64,000 nt of DNA, from NCBI GenBank assembly GCA_964106915.2, contig OZ066914.1, one strand, 5' to 3'. A program made the translations under genes and the position numbers. Positions 37,755 through 51,900 of the stretch are shown piece after piece. Origin of the DNA: Podarcis gaigeae (lineage: Eukaryota). A model generated the notes under the pieces. It searched no databases, was not told the DNA's origin, and saw only the letters and a program-made list of their open reading frames with translations. Positions within the stretch are counted from its first letter, which is position 1. Each line of letters opens with the position of its first letter.

Positions 37755-39600
37755 TAGCTTGACTACCATATCTTCTCACAGTCAATGGTTTTTAAGTCAC
37801 AGCAACATAAGTAGCACATGTCCCTCACAGACTGCTCAACACTGTGCATTCAAAATCTACCTCATGTCATCTGAATGTGTTGTCCCCTTTGTCCTTCCAG
37901 ATTGATCAAGAATGTTTCCTTCCAAAAAGTAGCCATCACATCAGTCATTTGCATTTTCTTCCCATGGATATTTATAAGAAAATGAAACAATCTGCCACAA
38001 AAGTGCAGTATTCTGGCTTGTTATAGGTTGAAACTGAAGGGTTGGGGTGAGGCACTTCATAAAAAAAGGGGATGTGAGAAATCAGGGTGATAAATGAAGA
38101 ACTGGAGGTTGACGAAAACCGAGTGGAGAATGTATATTTTGAAAATTGTGCATAGAATTCTGGAAATTGTCACTAGTCTCTTCTTGTTTGTATGGAATGT
38201 TGGCTCTTCAACAAAAGCACTCCCACCCCACCAAAAACAAAAAACAGCATGCAATTTAAGCAGCTGTTTTACTTTTTAAAACGCACAAGTTAATTTTGTT
38301 GCATGTAGTAAAAGAATGTTTGCGTGGGCTTTTTATAATTATGACTCAATAAGAAATCAACACTTGCTCACTGGCTTCAGCTGTTCAAATGGACACCATT
38401 GCTGAATAATAATAATAATGCTATATCAATTTGCTTAAACTATGGGGGGTTTTTGTTCCTTTTCAATATTCAGATATAATCAATTTATGCATCCAGTTTT
38501 GGATTTTTGTTTGCTAGGAAGCAGCAGAGATCTTCGTTTGCGTCCAAGGGAGTCTATGGTAAAGTATTGTTTCCTGTATATATGCCAAAATAACACTAAT
38601 TGCTAAGGCTATTGCTATAGCTAATGTACTGTTAAGATTATAGATATCTCCTTAAAAGGTCTATCTAGGTATGTCATTTGTCACTTTTTTAACCTTTTCA
38701 AGAGAATAAGGAATAGAACCTGCAATATAGTCTATTTGTGTCTCATTTAGTACATACCAGATATGTATCAAGCAACTGATTAATAGTTGAATCAGGGAAT
38801 ATTTGTGAGCTTCTTTTTTCTGGATACTCATGAGATGATACAACCTTAATGCGATATTCTGAATTTTATATAGGGCTTTCGACATCCTTCATGCTGCTGG
38901 TCACCTCAAGAATGATCCAAGGCATGAAATCTGCAATGGGAATCAAATGCAAAACAGTAAATGCAAAACACACGCACACAAAAACCCACACAGCAGTAAA
39001 ATTAGGCTCTTGAATTCCACCCAGATCTGTGTGAATGTAGAGCACACAGACCTCTTAAAGTAGGGTAGCCCATGTGGACTACATATCCCACAACGCCTGA
39101 CCACTGGCCTGCTTTCTGAGTCCATCACCAGCATCTGGCAGGCACCAAGTTAGCAATTCCTCCATTTACACATATTTTGCTTAACTAAAAAGAGTATATG
39201 TTGCCAGTTAATTGATGATTCTTCTCCCCCTACCCTTTCCACTCTGCATCTGGTTGCCAACAAAATGCTGCTTTGGCCAGCCGTGAGCCGAGGAAATCTA
39301 CAAACCTGATTCGTAATGATCACTGCATTTTATATTCTCCCCCCCCCCCCTTGCACTCTTCCCACCTCTAGTTCCCACTCTCCATTCCTCTGGCTGCCTG
39401 CAGTCTTCATTAACCTCCACATTTATGATCCCAAGAAAGGTTGCACATTATCTTTCAAAGGCTTTAATAGTTTCATTCTAGTTGCTGATGAAGATAAACT
39501 TCCAACTGCTATTATACACTTGATATGCATTTTATTTTTGCGTGCCAAAGTACAGGAGGTCAGGAAGCTTCTCCATAATAACTAGAAGTTTGAATTTGAG

Positions 39601-39630
39601 AAATAAATAAATAAATAAATAAATAAATAA
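39601..39630. repeat. (AAAT)n microsatellite
   Basis: Direct reading. Confidence 0.95.
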
Positions 39631-41948
39631 AATCTGTGTTGAACATCCTTTCGCAAGGATGATTAGTGATACAGGCTCCTTCCGTTGTGAACACACAATG
39701 TGAATTTGCCACATGTATGCATAGGAGCAGTTATGCCACCGGCAGTCCCTGTGACACACAGTACATTACACAAGACAAAGCTACTTGTCCATCTCTTAAG
39801 TGTCACTGCCTTTCTGTACATTTTTATACAATTAACCCTGGCCTACTCATTCTCTTTCAATAAAGCTGCAGTACAGAGACACCTGCTGGGAAACGAATGA
39901 ACAGAAACGAACACTAATGTGTATCTTTTAAACAACAAAGGATTAGTCTGTAAGAATGCCTTTTTTAAAGGAAAAATAAAAGCATTGGCTCAGTCACAGT
40001 TCTGTTGCCTTTGCAGCCAGAGTTAGATCAAAGGGGCATTCTAGTTTTGGTACTGAGATCTAGAGGTGCTGTACAGCACTGTATTCTTTATATGCAACCA
40101 CGAGCAGAGGCAGCAGCATAGAAGAACAAACTGAGAGATGGATAGGAAATTTCACCCTCATATCTCCTTCTCATAGGGTGCCATGGCTGCAGTGCACAGT
40201 TTACATTAGCATGTGCATAGCCACATGTATACACAGAGGCCAATGAATCTGTTTCCCCAACAGTGGGAAGGCTGCTTGCTGTTGATGCACACAGTGTCAC
40301 CCAGTAGCAAAGTTTACACGTGGAAATTAAATCCGTTTCCTGCTCTTTTGCGCTCCAAACTTTGTGATTCAAAAAAAATGGTTTATACGCATGAACATTC
40401 CACATGTATGTAACGCTTATTACATGAGTAGGGGGCCTTCTACATCCAGTTTCTTGGAACTAGATTCCTCATGCTGGAACATTAAAAATCTCCCCCTGCC
40501 CAATGCAAATTTTTAATTTGTGTTTGCAGCACTAGAAATCTTCGCTCCAAGCTGACATAGATTTTCTTTGAGTAATGAACTGCTTTATTTTCTTAGATAG
40601 TCATTAACTCTTCCCCACACTGATGTCAAATGAGAAAGGACACTACTGCAAAGAGTTGGCCAAGAACTTTGCATATTCCAGCAGGGAAACCTCAGAGCTG
40701 AGCCAAAGGCTCTACAGAATCACTATCTACATAGGATGGCCTGTGTACCGAATTTATTTAGAGTGAAGATTCCTAGCTATATAATTATTTTTTTAAAATA
40801 TGGATACAGATTTTAAATTTATATTTTCAGTGTGAGAGGTCTTAGTTCCAAACGGACAGAGGTTTTCTTTGACTGATGAGGTGAAGGAAAAGATCTCTGT
40901 CTCCCCACCACCTCACTCCCATTCTCTGTACAGAAGCTGACCAGAGTAGCAGGTGAATCAGCACTAACAATGGGACAGCATTCTCCACTGTATCTCAGGA
41001 TAGGGTAGTTTACGAAGCCCAGGGCAGGCTGCATGACACACAGGGAGGAACTGAATTTGGGAGAGGCACATGGAGGGGGAAGTGGGGAAGAAAGCCCAGT
41101 TGCTCAAGTGGAAGTCCTTGCAGAGGTCTCCCACTCACGAAACTCAATTCTTTTCTCTGACATGTTGCTACTGCTGCCCAGCCCACTGTGGGATGTAACC
41201 CATTGTTACAGTCAAATGCAACATTCCTTGGTTTCCTAGAGTGGGCAGAGGCAGGGGGACATCCGGTTGGTGTAGCTCCCTGTTCCACTGATTGGAGCTT
41301 CCTCCCCCTGCATGTGATGAGACCTGGGAGATGGGCGTGGCTCTGGCTCTAGCTCTGGCTGACTCCACAAAAGAGCCAAGTCATGCAGCCATTTTTTCAG
41401 TCTAGTCTTTCCATTGTCTTCTTGTTCTTTTGTTGCCATGCTGCTCTCCTTCTTGTGTCTTTATTCTTTTAAGAGGGATCAAAAGGGGACACCAGGAATA
41501 AACTTAACTAAGAGATTCAAACAAATCTGCAAACTAGCTTCCAGCTATATTGAGGGGAATTTGTTCTGCTACATCACTTCACTAGCTGAGTGAAGGAAAG
41601 ATAGTACTTATTCAGTATATCCTTACCTATCATCTTTAACATTCCCACACCCACTGCATCCACAACCTGAGGCAGCTGCCTCACTCTGTTTGATAGTAGT
41701 AGTTGCCCATAAGTAAAGTTGGATAGGGGTCCAGGAAGGGTGGGGTATTAATAAAAATTTATTATTATTATATTCAAAGGTACAAGAATTACAGAGCACC
41801 AAGAAGCTTTGTGGGGACTCTGATCTGACATGGGGGATATTATAGGCATTCCACTTCAACAGGAGGAAGAGGATAAAGATACCCATTTCATTGTGTGATT
41901 TGTGCTACTTTCAGAGCCAATGTGCACCTGTAATATAGGATTAGTTTT

Positions 41949-42039
41949 GGGCTGCAATATAAGCACACTTACCTGGGAGTAAGTCCCTTTAAACACAGTG
42001 GGACTGGCCTCTGAGCAAACCTGCACAGGATTGTGCTGC
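41949..42039. mobile_element. Short palindromic repeat (MITE-like)
   Basis: GGGCTGCAAT...CTTACCTGGGAGTAAGTCCC...GGGACT...AGGATTGTG; same family as the host element at about 25891-26115. Confidence 0.6.
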
Positions 42040-43634
42040 TAGCTATTACAGCACTTGAACATTTTCCTGTGAAAGCATACAATTTACCTCAGCTTAATCT
42101 GTTTGGAATTTGTAAATAGTGATGATTGTAAGGGATCACTGATGCTGCCAAACTTTTGTAAGAGACTGCACAGGGTATGCTCAGTAAATAAATATCCTTG
42201 TTGCCATGAGGGATGTTTCTCTACTTAATTCAAGGATATCATTACAGCTATGCTGTTCTGTTACACAAAGTGGCTCTTTCTCTCAGCCTGGCATGGTTTC
42301 ATCCTTGATGGCACTCTCTAAAGAGTCATTAGGCTCTTTGAGACACTTTGTCATGTGCTACAGTCATACCACCTGCTCAGGTCAAAACTGAAAACCAGTT
42401 CTGAGTTTGGGTAGTTAAAAAAATAAGAGGCAGTTTCAGTTTCAAGGGAGTCGAAAAACTAAGTAGAGAGGAGACCTTCTAAGGGGCTAAGCATTTAAAC
42501 AAAAAACAAAATCCATTACATATATGCATGTACACAGCCTCCATATTTGCTGTCATACGTGAGAGGTGTATATCTGTATTTAAAGAAGATGAATAAATGA
42601 ACAAATTAAGTTAATTTGGATATGCAGAAGATACTAAAAAAATAAATTTAAGGCAGAAAGTGGGAGAAGGAAGTCAAGTTTTTAAATGACAAAATGATTG
42701 TAAAATCAGTGAAATGGATAAATCTGAAAAGTATAAATAATATTTGTACGCTATGTGTACAACTGATGAAATAGAAATGTCATCCACGTCATTCCTACTT
42801 GGGATGTTGCATCTGCATGAAAGCCACCACATGAGAAGCAGCCCTGAGAGTTCAGCTGGGTACTCAGATTGACAAAATGGAGTTAAAAGGCTGGGTAATA
42901 ATATATTAGTGCTCCCGGGGAGCAGCAGTTAACCCTGATACCCACTGTCAATTCTAATAAGACCAGTCTTTCACCTCCGGCACTACATTTCAGCTGTAAC
43001 CTGAAGAGTCTCAAGTGCAACGAGTAAGGTTATTTCCATTCAGTGCACATAACAACTATTGGACAATAATTCCTCCCGATACAGAATCATTGGCAGTAAC
43101 TATTCATAAGAGTTCAAACCGAGCAAATACAACAGACCCCAGAATGGCTGCACCATCTGTATCCATTCTAGGTGCATTTTTATACCAGTATGGGAGAGTG
43201 AAAAGAAATTGTGCAGTGTAGCCCTCTTCCAGACCACCAGTCTGCTGAGATAAATGATGGACTCTGGCACAGAAAATGAGGAGCATTTTAAAGGAAATAA
43301 TTCTTGCCCCAGATCCATATGATTTCTTCCCCTTTCCCCCTCCCCCCAAAGTGTGCTATTTCCATTGCTCAAGATGCTCTGTACGGATTATGGATTTAGA
43401 TTCTGAAATGGAAGTTGAGAGAGTCAGAGTCCAGCTGGGAAATACATCAGTATAACCATTTATGACACAAAGAAAACTCTTCCTTAAACTATGATCTTGA
43501 GCTCAGTTGGGGTCAAAGATTCTGTATTATTTGGAAATAGGTTGCTTGGGCCACTATGATGTAGAAAATGGAAAAGTCATTTCCTGTGAGTAACCACATA
43601 TTGGTTTATTATTACATCTCCCAAAGGAGAAAGC

Positions 43635-43636
<2 letters not shown>

Positions 43637-43684
<48 letters not shown>
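43637..43684. repeat. (GA)n microsatellite
   Basis: Direct reading. Confidence 0.97.
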
Positions 43685-43686
<2 letters not shown>

Positions 43687-44361
43687 TTCAACTTCAGGAA
43701 GCCATGAAACCAAAATGAGGTCCAGGATGCTTTTTCTTATATTTCCTAAATCAAATCTAGTTTTCATAAATATAATGACTAGTTGATTTTGATTTCACAG
43801 GACTCATAATAAAGTTCACAAAAATCTTAGACGTGTACCTATATCTCCTACACAATAAATGCCATGAACACTGTTAGTTTCATCCAAAGGCAACCTAGAT
43901 ATTTGTTTTCCTGCCTTCTGTGCACCATTTTTAAAGCTTTTGAAAATACTTTTAAACAAAGCAGACGAGTGGTTTCAAACATTCATATTGCAGTGCACCT
44001 GTCAGCTATTTATTCAGAGTCAGAACTTCATTTTTGGTACTCCTTCCTTTTCATCTTTTGAATGGAAAGTGACCTTTCTATTTATACATCAAAAACAGGC
44101 TAAGCAAAAGTTACAATGGTCCTTATAAAGAAAATGTGTTATATTGCATGCGTTCAGTTTTTCAGCCTTTATTCAATGTTCACCAGATGAGATAAATGCT
44201 AGGTCACTATGCCTCACAAGCCTAGGAAGGCAATAATTCCTTCCGAGGAAGAAAATTGCATATGGGGGAAGAATAGTAACAATGCTCCTTCTGTCCAAGA
44301 GCAAGAAATATGGTGAAGGTATTTAATATTCTTAAAAGAAGTGGGCACTTGTTACTAGAAT

Positions 44362-44515
44362 ACAGGACCCAAAGAAACAGCTTCAAGTTGCAAGAAAAGA
44401 GATTCCAACTAAATATCAGGGAAGAGCTTTCTGACAGTAAGAGCTGTTTGTCAGTGGAATGATCTCCCCCTGGAGGTTGTGGACTCTCCTTCCTTGGAGG
44501 TTTTCGAGCAGAGGT
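44362..44515 (+). mobile_element. CR1 LINE 3'-region fragment
   Basis: TTCAAGTTGCAAGAAAAGAGATTCCAACTAAATATCAGG...GTGGACTCTCCTTCCTTGGAGGTTTT, typical of the CR1 ORF2 end. Confidence 0.8.
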
Positions 44516-47500
44516 TCTTGTATCTCACATAGAAACAAGAGGGAAGTCTCCCAATCAGTTGAAGAAACCACAAGTGACATCTATATTGAGTGTGGAAGTG
44601 TGTGGAAATTTTCAAAATGTATCCTGGAGGATTTGGGGATACAAACTGGCTTCAGCACTATTTATGGTGAGTAGACTTGTTAGATGACCAAGCAAATCTA
44701 GGCTTTTCAGTCATCACTTAAGAGAGGTATGAGGGCAGGGGTACCCCCATCAGTCAGGATACAGAATTGTAAGCCAGACACTGTGGGCAGCAGGCCTGTG
44801 ACCCAGGGTGGGAGCCTGGGATAGGCGAGGAGCTTGCATGGCCCCTTGGCTGCCTCACACAATGTATGAGGGGCATCACCCAAACACTGTAATGAAATGC
44901 CTTTAAGTGCACACAGAAAGACAAAAACAGTGCAAAAAAAGTGCAAAGTCATTTCATATCGCAGATCATACTGGCATCCTCTGAGGAGTGTTGTCAATGT
45001 TCTTTTTGCATAGAGCAAATGCAATGTATTATTTTGTACCTCTCTATCTAGAAATAAGAACTAATATAACTCCAGTTCAGTACAAGAGCCAAGAAAATAG
45101 CAATAGGTAATACTTTTGGCTCAATAAAAGTTGGATGGATGAAGTGGCGGAAATGCTGGAGGAAATGTTTCAACAGCAAATCAGAAATGGGCTTTGGCTC
45201 TAAAGTATTTTGAGTACAGGCTTCATTTTCTAATCACTTGAAGTGTGGTGGGCATTGCCTGCCAATATTATATGTAGTGTGGGAGAAGGGTAAGATTACC
45301 CAAACACTATGTGGTAACGTGCCAATAGTTTGTATAGGAAAAACTGATTTGAATAGAACAACAAAGGAGCAGCGTATGATGATGGATGAGCCAAATGCAC
45401 AAGGAGCTATCTATGCCTGGAATTAATTATGCAACAGTGTTTAGCTGGGAGGAAATTTAGAGCAACATGTTCTCAAGGCATTGCATCACTAACCTCTACG
45501 TCCAGTCAAGGAAATATGTTGGTCCTTTTAGTTATGAACTAAAAGGCAATACTTGGTTTATTCTACTTTATGTTGAAATCAGGGCAGAGGTAAGTCACAT
45601 GTGGATCAGCATGATTATGCCCTAACCCTACAAGGTAGCAATGGCAGATAGTCAACACTGTGCAGCTGTGTGGCTGCTAAATGGTTAGCTGCACCCAAAT
45701 GTTGCACCCAATAGTTGCACCCAGTGGCCTTTAAGAGTTTGGACCCTGTAAGAGGCAGCACTACAAGGGCTGGAGCAACAGACCAAGGCTTGCCTAGAAA
45801 CATCAGTTTGGGAGCATTGTGCTGCATAAACTCCAGAAGACAGGCACTCACTATGGAGAAGAGATCTACACCACGCCTATGAATTTTGCAACGTACTAGT
45901 TGAGTACCATCAGCTGGTGATGGTGGGTTCCTAGGGTTTGTTCACTCAATGAATTGTCATCTGCATCATGGCATGGACTGTAGAACCTCGTGATTGTGTT
46001 CTACAATCACCTCGTGATTGACCCTACCCACTAGACTTGATGGGGTAGACATCCCCTGCCAATTTTGCTGTCCCTTATGCAGCTGGCAAAGTTGACAGAG
46101 AGTATTTCTAGGATAATGGTGATGATGATTTAGGGGAGCTAAATTACACTTACCCGCAGTCAACAGGCTTTAAACTAACTATGATTCCATGTAGTGATTG
46201 CACACCACCACAAGGTCACTGATGGGGTGAAAGTAAATATTATCCCACGTGAAGGAGATACTTCTTTTTGCATTGTTGAAGGAATGGTGACATCCCTAAA
46301 ATTCAACAAGGCTGAGTACAGCATGTGGCTCTCCTGTTTTATTTGTGTGTTTTTTATTGTTTTGTAAACCACTCCCAAAGCTCTGTAAAAGGTGTTAATA
46401 TTTTAAAACATGGGTGTTTTTGATATCACCATGTGATTCAGATAGCTTAGCATTATGAACCCCAAATTTGTCTTTAGAAAGGAAAGTAATCCCTCCCCCT
46501 AAACTTAATAATGAGAAATGAATGATAAAAATGTTTTAAAGCAATGTAGAATGGCTCTTGGGAAAGTGTCTTCAAAGACAGTTTGGAGAACTGTGATATG
46601 TGGCCCTTGACTCTAAGCCATGAGGTGCATGGCCAGCTGTCAGGGGTTTCAGAGTCTTGACTATACAGCAGTGAAGTGCAAGTTAAGTGGAATTTCAAAG
46701 TTATGACTTTTAAAACTCCCCAGAGCACAAAAGATGATTCACAGTTCTGTGTGCTGCACCTGACTCAGATGTGGTTTGCTTTATGATGTTCTTAAATTGG
46801 TAAACTGAAACAAGAGCTGTCACCCCCTCTTTCTGTTTCACTAAAATGCTCTCCAGGGTGTCTCAGCACGAGTAAGAAATAAACTGTTTCATAACAGGGT
46901 TTCTGACATCAGAGGGTGCCATGTCTGATCTGTATTACACCAGGAACAGGCAGCCAACTTAGAAAGGCTATTGTGATGTCCAACGTAGAACAGACAGTGG
47001 TTGCCATACTTGACATGCCTGTCCCCTTTGAAATCCAGGTGATGGCTAGAGCAAAGGCTGGTGCACAGCTGTTCTTGCCAACATTTTGAGAGCCTAACAA
47101 CTCATTACCACCATCCATGCTTAGGGTTCATCCCTTCAAAACATAGCTGCCCAAGACAATATGAGAAGCATTGATCCTGGACTAAGTGCACCTACCAAGC
47201 TTGCACTGCAAAGAGGCAGTGTTTGCATGCATGCATGGCTACAAAACACAAACAGACACTCCCCAAAGCAGAGATGTGTGCATGTCTACACAGGCAGATG
47301 AGAATCCACTAGCCTTCTTGATTCACTCCTGCTCTTTTTCCTCCCTCCATTTTTAGTTCCTTCCCCCATACTGCCAAACACCTCCTAGCAGGTCCACTGA
47401 AAGGCCTGGTTGAGACAGCCATCTTCCCCAGCAATGCCAAGTCCCCAGGTGCCTAAGGAACTGGAGGCAAAGAAACTCCAAAGACCACAAAGAAGGTCTT

Positions 47501-47812
47501 TGTCATCTCACTTGCTTGTGGAGAGGGTTGGCCAGGTGGCTTTCCTTCTCTGTTGTGGGGAGGGGTGGGGGAAGAAGGGAACAGGAGCCAGGCATCTGAG
47601 TACAGATGAGTCCTGGCACCCGTGCCACTGCTGCCTGCATCCTCCTTGCCTTGATCAGACTGAGCTGGAACAAACAGCTCTGTGGTGGAGCGAAGCAGAG
47701 CTGATAACAATAAAGCCCTGCACTCAGGGAAGTGCAGTGCCAGGCATGCTTGCCTTGCCCATTGCTAGCGTTTGCATTTGGGAAGCCGGTAATTTTACTA
47801 TTGGGGACATGT

Positions 47813-47885
<73 letters not shown>
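47813..47885. repeat. (CA)n(GA)n compound microsatellite
   Basis: Direct reading. Confidence 0.97.
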
Positions 47886-47887
<2 letters not shown>

Positions 47888-47987
47888 TTAGGCTGAGGGT
47901 GAGTGACTGGCCCAAGGTGAGCTTCATAGCCAAATAAAGATTTGAACCCTGGTCTCCCAGGCCTTAGTCCAACACTCATACCACACA
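47886..47987 (-). mobile_element. MIR/CORE-like SINE fragment (Squam3-like)
   Basis: Minus strand reads GAGTGTTGGACTAAGGCCTGGGAGACCAGGGTTCAAATC...CCTTGGGCCAGTCACTCACCCTCAGCCTAAC. Confidence 0.7.
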
Positions 47988-48069
47988 ATGACTCTCACAT
48001 ATATTTCACCAGTTGTTTGCCCCAAATATACTGCTAACATATAGGTTCCATTTACTTATCATAGTTAAC

Positions 48070-48135
48070 AGAATCATATAATTGTAGAGTTGAAACAGAT
48101 TCCGAGGGTCATCTAGTACAACCCCCTGCAATGCA
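48070..48135 (-). mobile_element. CR1-type 3' tail fragment (SINE or LINE)
   Basis: AGAATCATATAATTGTAGAGTTG...GAGGGTCATCTAGTACAACCCCCTGCAATGCA, the same tail as 1772-1840. Confidence 0.7.
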
Positions 48136-48182
48136 CTGATCAACCCATTGATCAATAGCCATTGATCACCCATTGATCAGCC

Positions 48183-48320
48183 TAGGGAAAGCCAACATGC
48201 TGCCTTCTTGATGTGATTGGACCACAACTCCCATCAACTGTTGCAAGCACAGCCAATAATCAAGGGTTATGGGGGTTATAGTCCAACAATATCCAGGGCT
48301 CACCACTTTGGCTACTCCTG
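48183..48320. mobile_element. Palindromic hAT-type MITE, degraded
   Basis: TAGGGAAAGCCAAC...TTGGCTACTCCTG termini with the family's internal arms. Confidence 0.7.
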
Positions 48321-48644
48321 AATACTCCATGGATTTTTCTACTATTTCTTGCAGAAGCACATTTTTTAAATCTGTGCTGAACCTACCTGAATCAGCTCCT
48401 TTGGATGAATCTGAGGTCTACTAGTGTTGAAACGGCACTCTGTACTCTCTGTACCACTTCATCACAATGCAATGTAAATCTGGTCCTTAAAGGACATGAA
48501 ATAAATTAAGAATTTTAAATAATTTAAACCACATCTGCTCAAGTAGGAGACTAGTCCTCCTGTGTACCTGAATGATTATGGGAGGTTTTATTTTTAATTA
48601 TTTGTGAGCCTGTTTCACACCCAGAATTGCACATATCTTCTTAC

Positions 48645-48945
48645 CAACGTGCTAGTCTTCAAAAGCGCAAAGGCTGAGAAGGACTGTGGCGAGCCGTTTG
48701 CAGGAAAGTACACAGATAATTGAAATTAGTATTTGCAGACACGAGAGATGTTTAGAGCTCTAATTAAAGGAGCAGACGAGCTTTGGCGCTTGTGTTGCAA
48801 TAGCAAAAACAGTGGGGCATTAATTCATTGCAGAAATACATGACAATAGCCGAGAAATCGGGCCAATCAAACAGCCGTCCAAATTACTGTAAGGGTGTGC
48901 TGCTACCCTTCTTTAAACACACAAGCACACGCAGATAGCTAGCCT
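48645..48945. promoter_or_regulatory. Candidate conserved non-coding element
   Basis: No recognisable repeat; about 11 retained CpGs in ~300 bp against a CpG-poor background; several TAAT cores. Inferred only. Confidence 0.35.
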
Positions 48946-51900
48946 GTTGGTCTGCAGAGGATTCACTGAGCATGGTGAGCAGGCTGTTTTAAAAAAATAG
49001 AATCAAGATGGGGAGAAATCTGTGTGATGTCCCTGGGGGAAACATCCACGGACACCAATGAACAGCAGGTCAGAAGCTGGGAGAGTCAGTGGCTGCATAT
49101 AAACTATTAGAAAATCTATAAAGAGATCAGTGGGATGAGAGCAAGTCACTGGAGCACTCAGAAACCATCAACTCCAGAAGCAAGCCTCAACTTGCTCCTT
49201 CCTTCCACCCCTTTTGCAATTCCTCCTACTGTGCTGTAGTAAAAACACTCATCTACTCTTAACACCGCAATATTTAAATGTCAAGCCTAGCCGAGTAATA
49301 CCATGAAGACCCCTCCCTCCTTCTCTTTCTCTCTTTCAAAATCTTTATTATGCTAAAATGCAATTAGAATGTGAATCTGGTATAAACACGGAGGGGAAGG
49401 AGTGGAGGGAGTTCTTTTTGCAGACAGATAACGCACACTGGGAAATACACAATCCGGTTTGAAAACACCAACTGTCCACAGGCAGTGTTAACTTAAGACA
49501 GACAGTTCTATCATTGTTCCAGCCGAACCCTTTTTTCCAGAAGATGGAAGCTGCCTGGGCAAAAGATGAAGACAATGAAAAACAAAAGTGTTTTTTTTCC
49601 CCCTCCACCCTTCTCTAAATGACTGTTGCCTGTGTCATTACATTTCATATTGTGCATAGAATCTAAATACATCACTTTGTTCTGCATGACAGGCAGAAGT
49701 GAGCATTCATACATTACCCAGCCACTTAATTAAGTGCCTGGGATATTTGCAGTTAGCAGAAACTAATAAGGGAATCGCATTTAAATTCCAATCACTCCTC
49801 GGGGTGGCTGTCTGCAACATAAGCAAAGCTTACTGGATAGACGTTCCACTAAATGCTCAGCTAAAAGCTTAGATTTACTGTATTTGTGAATAAAGAATAA
49901 TTCTATTTGTGATTAAAAGGTGAGGCTAAAACAAACAAATCTGTTTGGGATTTTTGAGTCATGTTTTCCCCTCTCCCCCCCCCCCTTCTCTAGCATCCTT
50001 TTTAAAATGCCACTTTGTCTGTTACATTCTCTAATAAAACAGGAGTGTGATTTAGAGCATTGCTAGCACAGAACAGGAGGTTCTATAAAAACAAACAGCC
50101 GGCTTGCCCTGTCCATGGCAGACTTTCAAGATGTTTCGCAGAAATGGGATCTACATTGCACATAGCAAATCTATAACCATGGACCTCAAGAAAACGTGGA
50201 AATTAATTTATCTGTAGATTAGAACCAATGCAAAAACATGGCAGAGCTTTTAAAGAAATAATAATAATCTGAAATCTCTACTCTTAGATGTTCTGTAGGT
50301 CACCATTTTCTCCTACCACCAGTGTATTTTCAAATATATATATATTATTATTATTATTTTGTAGGAGGGCTGCCTCTCCAAAGCTCACTGGGCAATCTGT
50401 CTCTAGCATCAGTGGGACCACACTTTTGCTCCACATGCTCCACTAGTAATGACTTCATTTCTGTATTTCAATCCAAATATCCTCCTGGCAGAGATCAGCC
50501 ACTCTGATTGCCTCTCACTAGAGGGCACCAGCTCAAAGCACCAAAGGAGTCGAAATCATAAAATCTTTCGCATTCCTGCTATTGGAATGTAAGAAAGGAA
50601 TATGCACAGCTAAAAGCTATGAGTTAGTTTTCATATGAAGTGCAGAATCATGTTGGTTTTGGTATTTCAGCATTCATGAGGCAGGGATGCTGAATGCAAA
50701 AGAAAAGAAAAGCAAAATGAAACCACAATATATTCATTGCTTATAGCATGGAAATGTAGCATGGCAAAAATATATTATTAGTTACCATCTGTAATGCTGC
50801 CATCTGGCAACGGACCTACAGGAGCATCATATAACTCAGACATGTTGTCGGCTGACCTACAGAAACATCATGCGGGATCAGCTGTGGGAGCACTGGAGAG
50901 GAGAAGCAGAATGGGAAATTCTTCTGTGAAAGCTCTTGTGAGCCCAGAAGGAACTTGTCCAACCCTGGCTGCTGGCTTTAAGGCTTAAACCACCAAGTTT
51001 AAGCCATTCAGTCAAGCCAGGTGGGATATGCCAATATGGTTACCAGGTTCCCACTTTGATATGCTTTGCTGAATAGCAAGAATGCAAGACCAAGGCCTTC
51101 AATATGAAGCCCTGCTTTTCAGTCACCATTCCAAATAGTGAGAAATTTCTGACATACTGTTGCTAGATTTTTCAGCTTTGGGTTTCTTAAGGTTGCCTTG
51201 GGTGGAGCAATCCTATCCTTCTTTTATTCCTTTTTGAAATATTGCCAGCCCTTCAGGACTTGAGGGTGCAACCTCGTTGTTCAGATGTAGGCTGAGGTGT
51301 CACAACCGTGTTATTTATAGATCTACTTCTTCGCAAATACATCTTTGCTCAAAGCAGTTCACATTGTTTTAAAAAAACTAAATACAGAAGTACATTAACA
51401 ATACATAGATTTATGGAATTGTAGAGTTGGAAGGGACCATAAGAAAAGCGTGCCTCTGCAACATAAAAAATAATTTGCAATCAACATTAAATCTGCATAA
51501 CTCTCACCTTTAGATCATGTAAGCAAAAAGTCCCCTCAGAGTTATTCTAGAATCAGCTCTTTTAAGGAATGGTGGGTGAGGCAGCATCCACCTCATATCC
51601 CAGCCTACATTGTTTGGACATTTCCTTTACATTTAAATGTAAATTCTTACATAACTTCAGTAACTTACACTAAATAGTGGACAGTGAGATGAATAGCTTA
51701 GTTATTTGGCAGAAACTGAACTGCAGTGGAGCAGACACAGCGCTGGTTGTGGCGAATGCAGGCTGCGGAATGGAAATCTCTGCCTCCTTACACCTTTAAG
51801 ATGGACTCAACCTGACCACAATGGACTATGCTCACATTGATTTGGCTTTCAAGGACTGAAGCAGAGTTGCTCTGGCCTATGTGAGCACCCCTATTCAATT

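Noticed and set aside
41240-41400. CCAAT plus GC-box promoter-like motifs
   Set aside because: No CpG island or downstream gene evidence; such short motifs occur often by chance.
47410-47937. 175-aa ORF, the longest in the window
   Set aside because: Kept open by (CA)n(GA)n microsatellites and a SINE fragment; no homology recognised.
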